A stretch of 64,000 nt of DNA from Tubiluchus corallicola (GCA_030141605.1 JAQGDQ010000113.1:549187-613186); one strand, 5' to 3'. Positions 45,640-59,825 are shown, numbered from the stretch's first letter. Translations and numbers: made by a program. Notes: generated by a model not told the origin, from the letters alone.

Positions 45640-46010
45640 CCAAATAAGGGAGGGGATGAAACTTTGCTCGGTGACGCTGCGTATCTGTCATCCACTTCTC
45701 GGCTTCTCATTCGTTGAATCTCCTTGAAACCCTAGCCAGCTCCCTCCTTGTCTAGACCAAACGGTGGGCCTGCCATATATGTAAGCCGGCTGCCATTCCA
45801 GAGTGGTTCTGTTGCTATTAAGGGAGACTTGTCAGCATATCGCGTCTCATACGTGGTACGCGTGGAGGCTGAAACGAGTGTTTATGAATAGACCAAGCAG
45901 TTTGTCACCTAGTAGGATGACCACAGAGAGACCAGCCTTAATGGTATCGTGGAGTCATGCAGAGAGCGTCTCATATAAAGGTCTGCATAACTGTCATATG
46001 TCAGCAGTAC
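45640..46010 (+). promoter_or_regulatory. Candidate muscle-type promoter of pri-mir-1
   Basis: Perfect CArG CCAAATAAGG 45640-45649; near-CArG CCATATATGT 45773-45782; TATAAAG 45974-45980; Twist-type E-box CATATG 45995-46000; Inr-like TCAG ~46001; about 250 bp upstream of the mir-1 hairpin. Confidence 0.5.
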
Positions 46011-46245
46011 GATACAACTTCTACTTGAGTTAACTTCTACGACGTTTCTTTTTAGTTGACATTACGGTTCACGATTGACAATACACCAGGACCACGTTGT
46101 GAAGTACCAGTGAAGCTAGTACTACATTCTTCTCGTGTTGGCAATATTGACTTTTAGTTAAACTCTTTCATCAAGTCTGTTGTTTATGAATCATGGAGAA
46201 ACAACTTATTTTTCGCAACGGAAGTGTAGACGGAAGTCGACGAGA

Positions 46246-46328
46246 GCTTATTATGGAACCCGTACCTCTTTACAGCCCGTATTACATCTAAATTATGGAA
46301 TGTAAAGAAGTATGGAGTACCTATAAGC
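46246..46328 (+). ncRNA. mir-1: microRNA mir-1 precursor; mature 3p arm 46296-46317 UGGAAUGUAAAGAAGUAUGGAG
   Basis: Mature arm matches the known miR-1 sequence; 5' arm CCGTACCTCTTTACAGCCCGTA (46260-46281) pairs with it; lower stem GCTTAT/ATAAGC; CNNC (CAAC) 17 nt downstream of the mature 3' end. Confidence 0.96.
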
Positions 46329-47920
46329 AGTATCAACGTCAACATCGCTTAACACTTGCCTGGAGGTATATCAACTCACCTATCACGTGTGAAATTAGCA
46401 TAAATTATTTACAGCAATAAATTTAAGTTTGCGTTTTTTAGTTTTATAATGATCCTTGGATAATTCATATTTTTTTGCCTTTTGAGAAAACAAGTAACAT
46501 GTCCATTTGGGAAGTTAATTTTGTAGATTAAGAAATTGTATGCTTATTTGAGATTCAGAAATTTCACGTTCGCAGAAAAAACTGATTCATGTTTTACTAA
46601 ATGCTATAACTAGAAAAACATTGTCACTAATTTAGGTCTTATAGATTTATTAAGATGAAAAGCTGTTAGAAACATAACTTTGAGAATAGGTATTTGTAAC
46701 CGCAGCCTGTAGAAGCCTAAAGCGCAACTTCTTGTACACAAGAATAATTTTTTTATGGATTTTACTATTTTTTTACGGATTTTGTCATTAAAATATTGCA
46801 TTGTTTTAAAATTACTTATAAAACGTCATTTCGTATTGGTGCATTTTTTTGCTGTATAGGGACAAAATTGTTTTAAACAACTCCGTGCTTTAATAAGTAA
46901 CCATTTTTATACGTGTTTAAATAATATGGCAAGTCGTTTCTAATATCTAGTATTTCTAGTATCTAATATTTAATTAGTTAATGGTTGTGACTGTTAACAC
47001 GTTATAATTATACTTATTTATGGTGAAGCAATTATTTGAATAAAAATGTTCAAACTAATTTCCCGCTTTTTCATTGAATTGTATCTGCGTAGTGCTAAGT
47101 AGTTTGCCTACACAATTTGGTTTTCATCACTTTTTTATTTACGTCATATACCAAGGTTAATATAAATTAGACATCGTTTCAAATTAAGTAATTAATTTCA
47201 AATTAAGCCTTTATAAACATTCTAACCTCCTTGTTTCCAATCTGTTTTAAATTTCGGTGAATCAGTCTCCGAAAATAAAATTTTGAAAATATTTTAACTT
47301 TCTGTATTTTACCACTAAGCTTTTTTTGACATCTATGTAACTTTATGTGAACGGCTTTATCAGTATCAATAGTCTTTTCATTACAACAGCGTTAAAAAAT
47401 AAGTTCAGTTATGCGTCCAAAACGCTTAACTACTGTTGTTCTATTCAGCAACTTCAAAATGGCGTCTTTTCAATTTTTTGAAGATTTAATTTGAACTTAG
47501 AATGCGAAGCAATAAGTGTGTTAGTACTGGAAGTTTCCTCTGGCCACGCCAGCTGTTAGATTTCTTCTAAGTAAGTTTCATTAACTCCAATAAGGATTTT
47601 AAAGACGAGGTTTTGCATTTTACTTCACTTTAGTCATCTATATTTATTGTTATCAAAGTACTCGAGGCGCTAACAAGTTTATAAAAAGGATACAATTATT
47701 TTCGTAATTTTGTTTTTCTCCAGAATTAAGTGTAAATGCATGCAAAACCTAAAGGTTGGATATAAGTGCTTCTGACACACACATCACCCCCAACCTGGCC
47801 GACGCCACCACCAGTCACCGCCACACAAAACAAATACCCACCAAACAGTCTTTACTCTAGCAAACAAGGCTGACAAAGGAACTGGGCCAAAATAGATAGT
47901 AGTGTCATGGTTTATGAAAA

Positions 47921-48034
<114 letters not shown>

Positions 48035-48240
48035 TTTCTCTCCATTTCTCGCTTGGTGAATTTTGTCTCTCCAGTTTCACGCATATGCAAAGCACTTTCA
48101 AAGTTTGATAGCAGTATCACTTTATACTGACGTACTGAAAAACTAACTTTTTACAATCGCCATAAAAGGTCAACATTTTCTATGTGGAGCAGTTCCGCAT
48201 AAAGAAAATAAATCATCAGATTTCTTTCATTTCTGTTTAA

Positions 48241-48294
<54 letters not shown>

Positions 48295-48370
48295 ATTACT
48301 ATTATCATCATCATTTTCATTATCATTATCATCGTCATTGTCAATATCATTATCATTATTATTATTATCT
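48241..48370. repeat. (ATT)n/(ATC)n microsatellite
   Basis: Directly visible. Confidence 0.9.
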
Positions 48371-51095
48371 CTTATATTAATATTATTAATTACTCTATCA
48401 TACGCCCCACTTAGTAAGGAAATAAAAAATAATTAGCGCAGTACATATTTACCATTACACTTTTTATAGGAACTAGCTAATTTTGTCGTTAGTAGCTTAA
48501 TTAGGGAAGAATGAAGAAAACCCTTCACAGATAACATTCCTCTATAGTGTGACTGCTAGCTTTGCAGAGTCTAATTTCTGCTTCTAAATTGGAAATGAAT
48601 ATGGGCGAGTAGTTTATTGAACCAATATAAATCCAAACTAAACAAATCGTGCTCAATAAGTGCAGCAACTAAATCCTGATTCACATATTTAAGAAAGGAA
48701 CCAGAAGTGGACGAAGACATTCTTATGTTCAAACTATGAAACGGCTTGTTCTTGTTCTTAAAGGCGTTGTGTACTTTGCACACGTCGTCTCTTCATACCC
48801 AGAACATTGTCGACTGGTTTTTTTACATCCTTCATTTGTTATTTTGCACTTTTAAGTCCAGATTAGCCCGTCATTACCATGTATTTATCTATGTTATCAT
48901 TTATTCAATAGTTATCGTTACTTTGTACCTAAATGTACATGGCATGGTCTATAAAAAAACTATTAATTAAAGACAAAAGTGTCGTGACCACTCTATCGTA
49001 CAGACAGTAGTGTCCATTCTGTAACGTTAGGATTGTCATACGATAAAGAATGTTCTGTAGAAAATGTTGATCTTATGGTGAACAGAGGTGGTGATCTTAT
49101 TTATAGTAACAAATGTAGGAATTTCATCAACTTCCTTTGGTTCTTTCTCAACCAAAATCTTGTATACGCTTTTATAAGTTTGACGTCATTTTTATGACGA
49201 CTAAACACGTGTTATTAAGCTGAATGTGATACTGTCCAGTCTGACAAAGGGTTCTCTAGAGGATGGGAGTACAGTTTCATCAGATACCAGTATCATATTG
49301 TTTAGCTCATGTTTTATTGTACAGAGCAGCAGCCCCAAGTTCATGTAAGAAAAGCCAATCCCTTTACAACAACGCAGCAGCAGCTGTTGAAGCATCTGAT
49401 GCGGGGTATCATGTTGCTACAGCATCTTCTTCAGCATCAGTACCACATCCCGCTGTCAGGCATTCTTGCTCCTGGGCTTGGTATGTGTGTCTTCTCGAAG
49501 TGTGGAAGATGATACGAGTCGTATCCCTGCGGATCTGGGCATATGTGCAAACTTGTCTGTGTAGAAAATAAAACGCAGGCTAGCAAACGAAAAATATCCG
49601 TGTTGTGACATTGCCAAGATCTTGGCAGTTAGTAATGCGCATTAGTATGTTAATACTTTCTTTCTTATGCCCGTTTATACAGGCTATATTCTCGACTGTA
49701 ATTTGCCAAGATTATCTAGCGAAATAAACAGTTGGCTGCTGTAAGTTTTGATTGTAAAATGTTACGCGGTTTCGAAAGTTTAAACCTATCTTTATCTAGA
49801 TTTTGCAAAGGATGCTTTAGCAGCTGCTCATGAAGCAAGTAACGATTTATTCACAGGATCGTCGTAATACATGAAAGACACTTTCTTATATCCAGTTTCA
49901 TAGATTCTTTACAGTAGTTCGTCAAGAATGTCCAGTAACTAGACGAAAATCTGTCTACTGGTGTACGTTTTATAATAAAAAAATACGTTATATAGTTTCA
50001 ATAGCTGAAGTCCATCTTTATCTACGTATTTCTAATATTGATACTGACGTCTTATCAAATGCTTGTAACGAATTCATTATAAATTTGTTCACGGGCTTTA
50101 TGTGTTTAGTAAACGAGTCCTAAAAGTGGAAAATTTTGCGATGGCTCAGAAATAAGTTAAAAAATACAATGAAAACGTTATACTATGACAACACAGCTAC
50201 CTCTCAACATTACACGAAGAACGCATATTCAAAGTTTGAGTTAGTCATCTTTCTGTGTATACCAAGAATTAGTCTTTTCGCATTTCTTTTGTTGTTAACC
50301 GGTTGTCTTTACAAAAAAGTTGCGGTTTTGCAAAGATTTTGTTTTTTATTTTACAGTTATTAAATACCATCTAAATGAATGTCTGGTTGAACTGCCAATG
50401 AGTTTATTAAGGTTGTCTTTTGACGTTTTAATAGAGATGTGTTCAGAAATGTTTTCCAAATTAGCTAGTGAATACAGATGAACTACAGCCCCTAGAGAAA
50501 CCTGTGTTTTGAGTAGTTTGAACCTCAACTTCAGCAGTTTCACGGAGTCGCATCCCGTGCATGCTGTAGGACAGATCTCTGTATTTTTAGCTGTTCTAGA
50601 TAAAGTTCACATTGCGAAGACCTCCTGCCGTTGCTGAAGCCATAGAGCCGACCTTAAATAGCGCACTTTCACACTTTCGCAGCTTGCCAAACTTGAGAAG
50701 TCACCCGAAGCATCAAGTTCGCCTCGAGCATGGAGGGGGGGGCATCGTAATAAATGCAATAGCATTGCAGCTCTTTAATTATGTGATTAAGCCTATTGAA
50801 ACTTTAGTCGTGAATTAGTGGAATGGGAAGAGGCGGCTTGTGGTTGCCACAGATAATGCTTTCAAAAATAATATGATTCCTCTTTGCAATGTAGATGCAA
50901 GAGTCCATGGATGCTTATCCTGCCAAAAGTGTAGTATTAATTCCAACAGGCTCTGTTTATCACTAAATACATCTTGAAGCTGGTTTTCAATTGTTTAATA
51001 TTGAACCCTGCGCCTTTAATAAGCCTCACTTAGTAATTTTCTTTGTCCTCTTTGATACTTTGTAATTCATTGTTATTCGTGACAGAAAAGTTTAG

Positions 51096-51680
51096 TTAAT
51101 TTAATTTAATTTATTGGGCTAACAGTTAGCATTTACAAATATATCACAGTTATTACACAATACGTATTTACACAATATTAATGACAATAATACAGATTAA
51201 AAAAGATTATATAAATTAGAACATCATAATTTGTGGTATATACCCAGTTGAAACACATAACTATTAAACATAGGATAACGTAACAAACATAACAATAATC
51301 AGACGTTTGGATAATATAATGTTATTTTTAATTCGCACTAATTATTCCGTTTGCCCTGATTTTAAAACAATCTCTGACAAAGTTACTAATTAAATCTAAC
51401 GCTTCGCATCGTCATTTCGTAAAATCAATTTAAATTCTTCATTATTGTTCATATCTGGTAAATTAGGAAATAGGCCTAATCTCGAAATTTGGTCAAATAA
51501 CATTTACGTTTCATATCATACTTTTTACAACGCAATACCAAATGTTCCTCACTTTCATTATCTAAAGTATTACAATATTTATGCACTCTTTAATTAACAG
51601 GTATTTTAATAGGCTTATGATGTCGTCCACTTTCTATGGCAAGAGAATATGAACTTATACGCAATTTAGTAAATGCAAAA
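51096..51680 (-). mobile_element. Non-LTR retrotransposon 3' fragment (C-terminal zinc-knuckle region)
   Basis: AFTKLRISSYSLAIESGRH..R..KYC...ESEEHLVLRCKKY..KR, followed by AATAAA(TTAAA)n tail. Confidence 0.8.
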
Positions 51681-53984
51681 TAAATTATGATGAATAAACA
51701 GATCTTAAAGCTATAATTTTTTAGCATGACACAGGAGTTGTTTTCCAACAAGTCAACAAACTATGGCCATTGACTACAGTAACCGCCACTCTATATTATT
51801 TTGTAAACTAACTTCATTGGAAGCTCAAGGGTTTAAAATAGGCAAACAGTGCAGTGAAAAACTTTTCAAATTTGACCTTATTTAGGAGTTCTTTTAAAAA
51901 TGAGAACAAACTATTAGAGCGAATTGAATAGCATTAATTGCTTAAGCGAAATCTACTTTTGTTTAGCCCACTTTTAGACGCTGCAGTTAGAATGTCTGTC
52001 AGACTGTCAGCTCTACACTGAAGTTTTATACGGAATTTGTTGCAGGCATTTCTGGAATGTTTCGTAGAATGTTGAAAACTGTTTTTCTGCCCGACGGTTC
52101 ACAACTTGCCAAGGTCGAAAGGCCAAGGTCAAAGTAAAAAGACTTCCGAAATTAGGTGCTATAGAAAAAAAATGATTTCCAAAAATGATGTTTATCCCAA
52201 AATGAAAAAAAGAACAAAATTAGCCTTTAAACTTTTTTCCACCCATTGTAGTACGACCTTCTGGAAGCATCAGCAATAACCCTTAAAAGGCCACCAACTT
52301 ATAGTGTTTCTTCAGACTTGTCAACAGATGTCACCTGGTGACGTATAATATGGTATCACTCACACTGTTTACGGCACTGATGGCACCATGTATACAAATA
52401 TTACTTTTAAACTAAGAAGAGCTAATATACCGTTAAAGTGTGTCATATTTTTGGTCTTTCTATGAAATCGGCTTCAATTTGTTCAGTTTGACAGTTTTAG
52501 TTTTCCCAGGCCAGTCGAGCTGTAGCGACGGATATGGAAGAAGCCAGGCATATTGAAGCCCGTGCTCAGAATTCTGCTGTACAGTTTTGCTATTGATCTG
52601 TGCAGGCAGTCAGCAGTTAGATGCCTCGTCTAGTCTCAACAGGGCTTCATCTGCCACTGATGAAAAGACGAGGTTCTGTCCATCCTGATGTGGTCACTGT
52701 ATGATTATCATCAGCACCATTAGTTCAGGATGGTCAGTTAACCAAGAGGTGAATAAGATCTGCAACAGTTGTACTGCGACCTCTTTACGAAAGTCTTGGT
52801 GGTTTTCCGTGTTGCAGTGTGCAGATGTAATTCAGGTCATCTCTGTCAGAGTGACCACAAACCAGAATGTGATTTGTGTCAGAGATGTTTATGTGACACC
52901 TTATTACTTTTGCATTTATTACGTGTCTCATAGTGGAGATAGAATGAGCAACAAGGGCGAAACTTGTCTAATCTCAATCAGAAACACTGAGAATGTGCAT
53001 GGGCTGTTCCAATAGATATCTTGACGAAAAAGTGAAAACAGGGATTCTCTTGAAGTAAGTACTTCTGGTGCTGCCAGACATTCTAAAATATTTTGGCAAC
53101 ACTTTGGTATGGCAGCTTAGGGAGTGTGCACAAAAATTCTGAAATGTGGCTGCGGAAGCTTCCAGATTCTAAAGTAAAGTAGCATTAGCTGATAATCCAC
53201 AAAGTGAAGATAAACCTTTGCCACCAGTTTTAATGCCCGCTGATTTAACCGCTTTAACCACCCTGTCTGCTCTTTGCCTCAGTGCTTTCCAATTTGCAGA
53301 TGTAAAACTAACGAAGTAGTCACGTTGTCCTCGTCGATTGCGCAATAAAAAGTGGAAAAATCGACGTGTCTGGATGATCGTTCGTTGACCCTGCCACTCC
53401 CAGGAACGAAGCCAAAGCAACTGACGATGACATTTGGCGCCTTACTGAGTCAAATATTTTTCAAGCTATGCAGAATTTTCATTGGGAATTATGCTTATAT
53501 TTAACTTACACTGACTTTCAAACGTTTAAGGGCTCTTAATACTCACTGTTAGGAGAAACTGGCTGAGCTGAACCAGGCTGCAATTCACTTTTGTATATGA
53601 AACCATTGGAAGCTCGATACATTGCAAAACTTACATAGCACCATTCATCTCATCGTCATCTTTGTTGTCGTCGTGTTAATAAGCATCATCGTCATTATTA
53701 TAGTCATCATCATCACCATGGTCATCAATAGCGTCGTCGTCGTCGTTTTCATCATCGTCATTGTCTTCGTCATCGTTATCGTCATCATCATGATCATCAA
53801 CATCGTCATTATCAATAGCATAACATGGTCACTGAAAAAAAAATGAATAAGTAAGCACGATCCAATGTCTACTCCATTGAATTAGTTTATTGCAAAGTCA
53901 ATTTAACCACTTTTGTGTATAGCTTAGAATAAATGTAGAATCACATGCGTCAGCTTTGGTCAGTTTAAATAGATGGGCTAGAGA

Positions 53985-54252
53985 TTCTGGGTCTTTGTAG
54001 AGTAACTACTAGCAGTTTTGAATTTTGTGTTCTACGTTAGGTGACTACGAGAACTCTGTCAGTTTTGAACTTGGGTCTGTGTTGGGTAACTACCTGAACT
54101 CAGTCAGCTTTGACTTTTATATGCCTATGTCGGGTTGCTACCAAAACTTTGTTAGTTTTGAATTTTGAGTCGATGTCGGGTAACTACCAGAACTCTTGTC
54201 AGTTTTGACTTCTACATGTCTATGTCGGGTAGCTACCAAAACTACCAAAACT
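53985..54252. repeat. ~46 bp tandem minisatellite, about 6 copies
   Basis: Consensus near GTCAGTTTTGAATTTTGAGTCTATGTCGGGTAACTACCAGAACTCT. Confidence 0.85.
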
Positions 54253-56180
54253 GAGTAGCAGTACGCAATACAGTAAACATATCTGGTTAACAGATCTGGT
54301 TAAAACAGATTTCAAATATAACGGATAATTTTTTGCTCGTCCAATACTTTGATTATACCTGACAAGTCCGCAGTAGCGAAACTATTTACGTAGGTATATA
54401 ACTTCTTTGCACAAAAGAAACATGTAGCCTGGGCAGTGAGGCAGAGGAAACTGCGTAGAAGCCGATTTTTCCGACATTAATCCACCCATTTAATAACAAA
54501 GTCCAGCGTTGCTTAACAGCCGCTCTTCAGGCCATGACCGGTAACCCCGTTCCCCATTTATTGAAGGTTAATGCCGGTTACCTCTGTAAGTTGTCTGTTT
54601 GCATGCAATTTATTTTATTTTGAATTTTAGTTACGATGAGGACACGTTTGAATAACGCTGATAATGTTTGGAATAAACTTCCAGTAAATTGCTATTTCTA
54701 TAACAGTTTTTTCTTATCAAAATGGGATTACACGTTGTTGCAGTACAAACTTCCGTTATCATAGACATGATGTTTCAAGACTAAGCATTGGGCAATTTAT
54801 TTTATAAGGCACCAATATATTGACACCGAATTCCCTTAAATATAATGTTGTTGTTAATGATCCCGAAACGAAATTGATCCAACGTTAATTTATTGTTAAT
54901 TTGTGAAATTCACAGCTAACTGACATAAACTACACTTCTAAGCTGATACAGCAGCCAGCACCGAATCGCAATGCACTTCACTATATATAGAAGCCATGTT
55001 ATCATGAAGGCTGGCAGGCTACTGCCCGGTTAGTGAAGCCAAATCATTGGCGTCAGGAATAAACTTGACTGCAGACGTTGCATTATTAAGGTAATAAAAC
55101 TACCCATGGTATTTGCAGTGCGGTGGGCCTAACCCCAGACATGAATGTTGACAATGGGCCAACAACGTTAATTCAGTAGATAAAAAAACATTGCAACGCG
55201 TCCTGAAAGCATTCTTTAATAATTACATTGTTGTATGCAAATCAGATTCCAGCAATAAAAGTCATCTGCAGTGCGACCGGAATCTCGCTCACTATCAAGG
55301 CTGATCCTTTAAGAAGAGGCACTAGATTAGCATAGGTACCTTAGCCATGTTCGGATACATGCGAATACAACGAGGATGACGACAACCTGAAACAGTATGG
55401 CGAATGGAACTACCTGCAACGAATATTGAACGCTGCAGTTGCCTATCTCTTTACTAACTAGATTCGGCGTTGCTGAACTTCAGTTGCTAAGCACACCCTG
55501 TTAGCACGCAGCTTCTTATCTCTTTTAACGTAAGTTAATTTGTGCCAAAGCATAGCAAGCGATTCTGTAGTAAAAACAGTACCGTATTTAATTGCATTGC
55601 ACTGTAGCGTACTGTAAGTTGAAAAATGAAGTGATTTTGATCATGGAATAAACTGATTAAAAGGGAAACGTGTATTTTGCAGACTGTTATTGACGAAATT
55701 ACATGGAGAAGATGCATATAAAATCAAAGTAGAATTTGACACAAGCTGCTAATAGTGTCTTGGTTGAGACCAGCGACGGACTGAACCCACAGGCCTTCCA
55801 ATGGATCCCTCTGTATGAATTTACGGATCACGAAAAACGTTTCCACTCCAAGATAGTTAATTGCCACATTGAGTAAGAAACTCATTTATCAACTAAAAAT
55901 CGTTTTTAATCATGATTGTCGTCGTCGTCAATATCATTATCACGTTAAAAAGGTAGCAGCGACAGCAGTGACAACACTAAAGTCTTAATTATCGGTTTTA
56001 CGGTTTCAAATTTATGACCGCAACTTGCTAGAAAAACAAAAGTTTTAACCGTAATTAAAAATTACACGTACTGATCATAGGCATTCGTAACTAGGCATTG
56101 TATATTTATTTGTAATTGACATGTTTGTCTCTGCGACAATTGCCGTAGTAGTAGCAATAACTAGATCTACAATAAGTATT

Positions 56181-56326
56181 TGCTGCTGCTGCTGCTGCTG
56201 CTGCTGCTACTGCTACTGCTACTGCTACTGCTACTGCTACTGCTACTGCTACTGCTACTGCTACTGCTACTGCTACTGCTACTGCTACTGCTACTGCTAC
56301 TGCTACTGCTACTGCTACTGCTACTG

Positions 56327-56360
<34 letters not shown>

Positions 56361-56386
56361 CGCTGCCGCCGCCGCCACCACCACCA
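56181..56386. repeat. Compound microsatellite (GCT)n(GCTACT)n(ACT)n(GCC)n(ACC)n
   Basis: Directly visible. Confidence 0.95.
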
Positions 56387-57566
56387 CTTTACCTGCTACC
56401 GCTAGCAAACTGCCCTCATTGTGTGTACGCTTGTTTTCATAAGATAACCCAGATAGCCATAATCAAAATAACTCTGGTACTTGTTACTTTGAACCGTGGT
56501 TCGAAATAAAATTCTGTATCATTGTCTTTATACATTCATATACAATTTTGAAAACTAAGCTAAATTGTAATCGTGTTTCAGGTGACTGAATTTATATTTC
56601 ACAGGTTCTGAGTAAGATGCGAATACAAGCATAACCGGAAGTTTGAAATTTTTTTGAAGCTTTTGTTATTATCACATTTATTATTTTATTACTATTATCA
56701 AAACCTGTACTTTGGCTTGTTAACTTACCTGACAGATTGAAGCACCATACCGTCTACTTGCTCAGGTTTGATTTAGTGCTAGTCCTTCAGTTTCTTGCTT
56801 CTCCTGACACGAAGGCTCTTCCACGAAGGTTAGTTGCTTAAAGCCACTTTGTAAATGATGACTTCAGAATCTTTCCTCATTGGTTCTTAAACAACGACAC
56901 TTCCCATATCTTAATACTGGATATTCCCAAGTGTCAAACAGCAGCTCATCAATCCAGCTTTTCTTTCTAACTTTTTATCTGTGGAATTCTTTACCAGAAA
57001 ACTATTTCCCTATTAAGTACAACCTCCCCTCAAGGAAACGTACCTTGATACATCATCCCGTTTTATTAGGAAATTGATTAAAAGAGTTTTCTTGACTCTG
57101 TTTCGGTTTTTTTCGTTTTTAAAAAGACTTCTTTTCGAGCCATAAGCATAAAACTACTAGCTATTCACCTGAATTATTAAGTTAAAATCGATATAATATA
57201 TATTGATGCATGGAAAATTGCGATTCCTAAGCAACAAAAGTTTGCCTGAACTATTAAGTCTGCAACTATCGTTCTGAACACTAATTTTGAATCTGTGGTT
57301 ACGTCTGTCAGTATCAAATTATTTATTTGGTATTAGGTTTATTAAATATTAAATTTATTTAGTATAAAGAATTTGCTCTCTTTTATACACATTTAATTAA
57401 CGTTTTTATTGATGCATTATAAGTTTATTAGTACATATATTTTAAATTGAAATAGTGTAAATCAGCTTATTAAATTTTGCTTCAGTTGTAAACCATGGAG
57501 AATGGAAAGACCTTTTCTTATGAAGATGAAAGACCTCTTCTTACTTAGTTATATTCTTTACTTGCT

Positions 57567-57596
57567 TACCTACCTGCCTGCCTGTCGGCCTTCCTA

Positions 57597-57647
<51 letters not shown>

Positions 57648-57656
57648 ACTTACTTA
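57567..57656. repeat. (GCCT)n microsatellite
   Basis: Directly visible. Confidence 0.9.
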
Positions 57657-58147
57657 TTTTTGTTTCAATTATTTTGAAAAGTTAAATTCAACGCTGGTGG
57701 GCGTTACCCTTAAAAGCATATCATAATTTAGCAATTAGCCCATTAGCCGCATGGAACAGTTATTAAAAGTTCATTTTGCGCTCTTGTAATAGGCATTCGT
57801 AACCAGGTATTGCGTTTTTATTTATGACTGATATGTTTATTTCTAATGGTCGAATAGGAGCGTCAGTTGCAGTAGTATTAGATGCAATAATTAGGTATAG
57901 TAGCAAATATTCCCTTTGAGTGCTGTTACCACTGCAACCTGTATTTACCTGATATCACGATTCAGTCGCACTAAGATGTGTTATATTATCTCCCGGTCTG
58001 TCAGTCACCATTTTTTTCGTCATCTTTGAATCATGAGTACAACGCCATGATTTTGTTCACGTCTTCATCCCAATGGCTCTGCAATGGACCAACTGCTTCT
58101 ATCTCTAAGGATCAGTATATTATTGGAACTTTATTGAACCATCTTTA

Positions 58148-59825
58148 TTGGAACTGTGAAGCCAGACACTTGATACTTTATTGGAGAACTGCTTTCTTTG
58201 TCTGACTACAGGAGAATAAAGTGCCTCTTTTTAACCCTATTTCAGTCATTGCCATGGTAATACTTATCAACGCGCGTGTGAATTAAATTTAACTTTAGCA
58301 TTTTAACGAGGCAAATTTCGCGTAAAGAAAAAAAGAGCTGATAAGATGGTCCATATGTAAAGAAATTAGTAAAATGACACAAGTTACTTAGAACTTTGAC
58401 ATTTCACTTACATTTGCAATGACAATAAAATATTTTTGTGTTTTGCAGATTTAACGCCACGTGGAGCCAACAATTCCAGTGATGCCTTAGTGTAACGAAA
58501 ATTAAGCTCTTTTTAAAAATCTAGAAATTGATTGAGTGTGTGAGATCGTAGTTTTACTATACAATTCTGTACGCTGCCTCAGCACTCAGTGAGGTCCTAC
58601 TAATGTTGAGTTGTTGTGGTAGGACAGGAACTCAAAATCATTCCCGAGGATGAATTCTATGAGATGAGATATTGAACTGGCAGAGAATCTGAACACATCC
58701 TCCTTTAATGGGGAGAAAAGCTGGGCAGCATGAAGCGGCTCATTAGTTTACCAGCCCAGTCCTGTTTATGTGCAAATAATATCGTTCGTCATAATTAATT
58801 CGTAAATATTTCTTCGTCTGCAGGAAGAAGTGAAAAATGTCTTTAGCTGGATGTGTCATCAATAAAATCAAATTTATGTGTTGGCGCAAAAATATAAAAA
58901 TAAGCTAATATTTTAAAAAATATATCTAAAGAAATGCGTTTTGCATAAAACCTAATGGAATTTATAGGTGTACAATATGCTATTCCTACATATCGTAAGA
59001 TAAATTTTATAAATCGGATATGTAATCATTTTGTTTAGTCTCATCGAGATGTTTGATTAACTGCTTTGAAAAGTGGTAGTATTTAGAAACGGGTTTTACG
59101 TGTATAATAAGTTAATTTATTTCAAACAGCAGCACCAAGTTTCTAATTGTAACTTTTTGTCAACTATATGTAGCATTTTCAATTGTAACAGCTAGAAAAC
59201 AATCAAATGTGTAAAAATACTGATCAAAGATTTTGTGATGAAGAACTCTCTCTGTGATATACTGAAATCACACAAAATGTGCCTGTGATTTGATTCAATA
59301 ATGTAAAGTAAACTAGAATCATTTAGGTAGCTGTTGTAAAACATTTCCTACAAAAGAGTATTGATTTTTCCCAGTATCACCTGCAGTCAACAGTTTTCCT
59401 TAATGAATTTTCTTAATTATATTATATAATGTTATAAAATTAAATTATACTAGAATCTTAAAGTGGGAAATGAAGGTAATAAGCTTAAAGGTATTAAATT
59501 TTTGAAGAAAAATATGACCCAAAATGCAAAATACTTTGGACTGGAATTAAACCAGTGACGTTTGAGTAATCAGCTCAACGTCTTAACCCACTTGATCACA
59601 CTGCCCTTGAAAATTATGAGCAACACAACACAGACACTAATTCTATCCTAACAAACATTTGAAGTGGTGGAAAAACTGGTGAGTTATTAAAATTTAATCA
59701 GTATCTATGTTTTTCACAAGGGTCTGAATGGTCTATTAATCTGACACTTTGAGCTGTGAAAAATCCTTGTTTCAAATTCAAGCACAGTGCTGATTTTTCA
59801 ACTTTTCACATTTGTTCTTTGTTGT
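58148..59825. repeat. Left arm of large inverted repeat (at least 1678 bp)
   Basis: Reverse complement of 62323-64000; paired coordinates sum to 122148 at the start, middle and end positions checked (no indel or mismatch noticed). Outer limit is set by the window edge. Confidence 0.97.

Noticed and set aside
48571-50543. Penelope-like RT fragments (FWV*RDDV, YMKDT, LGAVV..LANL)
   Set aside because: Motifs are short, on inconsistent strands and cannot be confirmed without a profile search.
52480-53540. Degenerate LINE RT on minus strand (GFVPGS, DFS)
   Set aside because: Similarity too weak by eye.
53985-54252. Repeat-spacer array
   Set aside because: Units are homologous along their whole length, so it is a plain tandem minisatellite.
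57950-58210. Missing GPCR TM6-7 exon on the minus strand
   Set aside because: Splice-like ends exist but all three frames contain stops and there is no CWxP or NPxxY motif.
59541-59606. tRNA gene
   Set aside because: Degenerate A/B boxes without a cloverleaf; treated as a SINE head.
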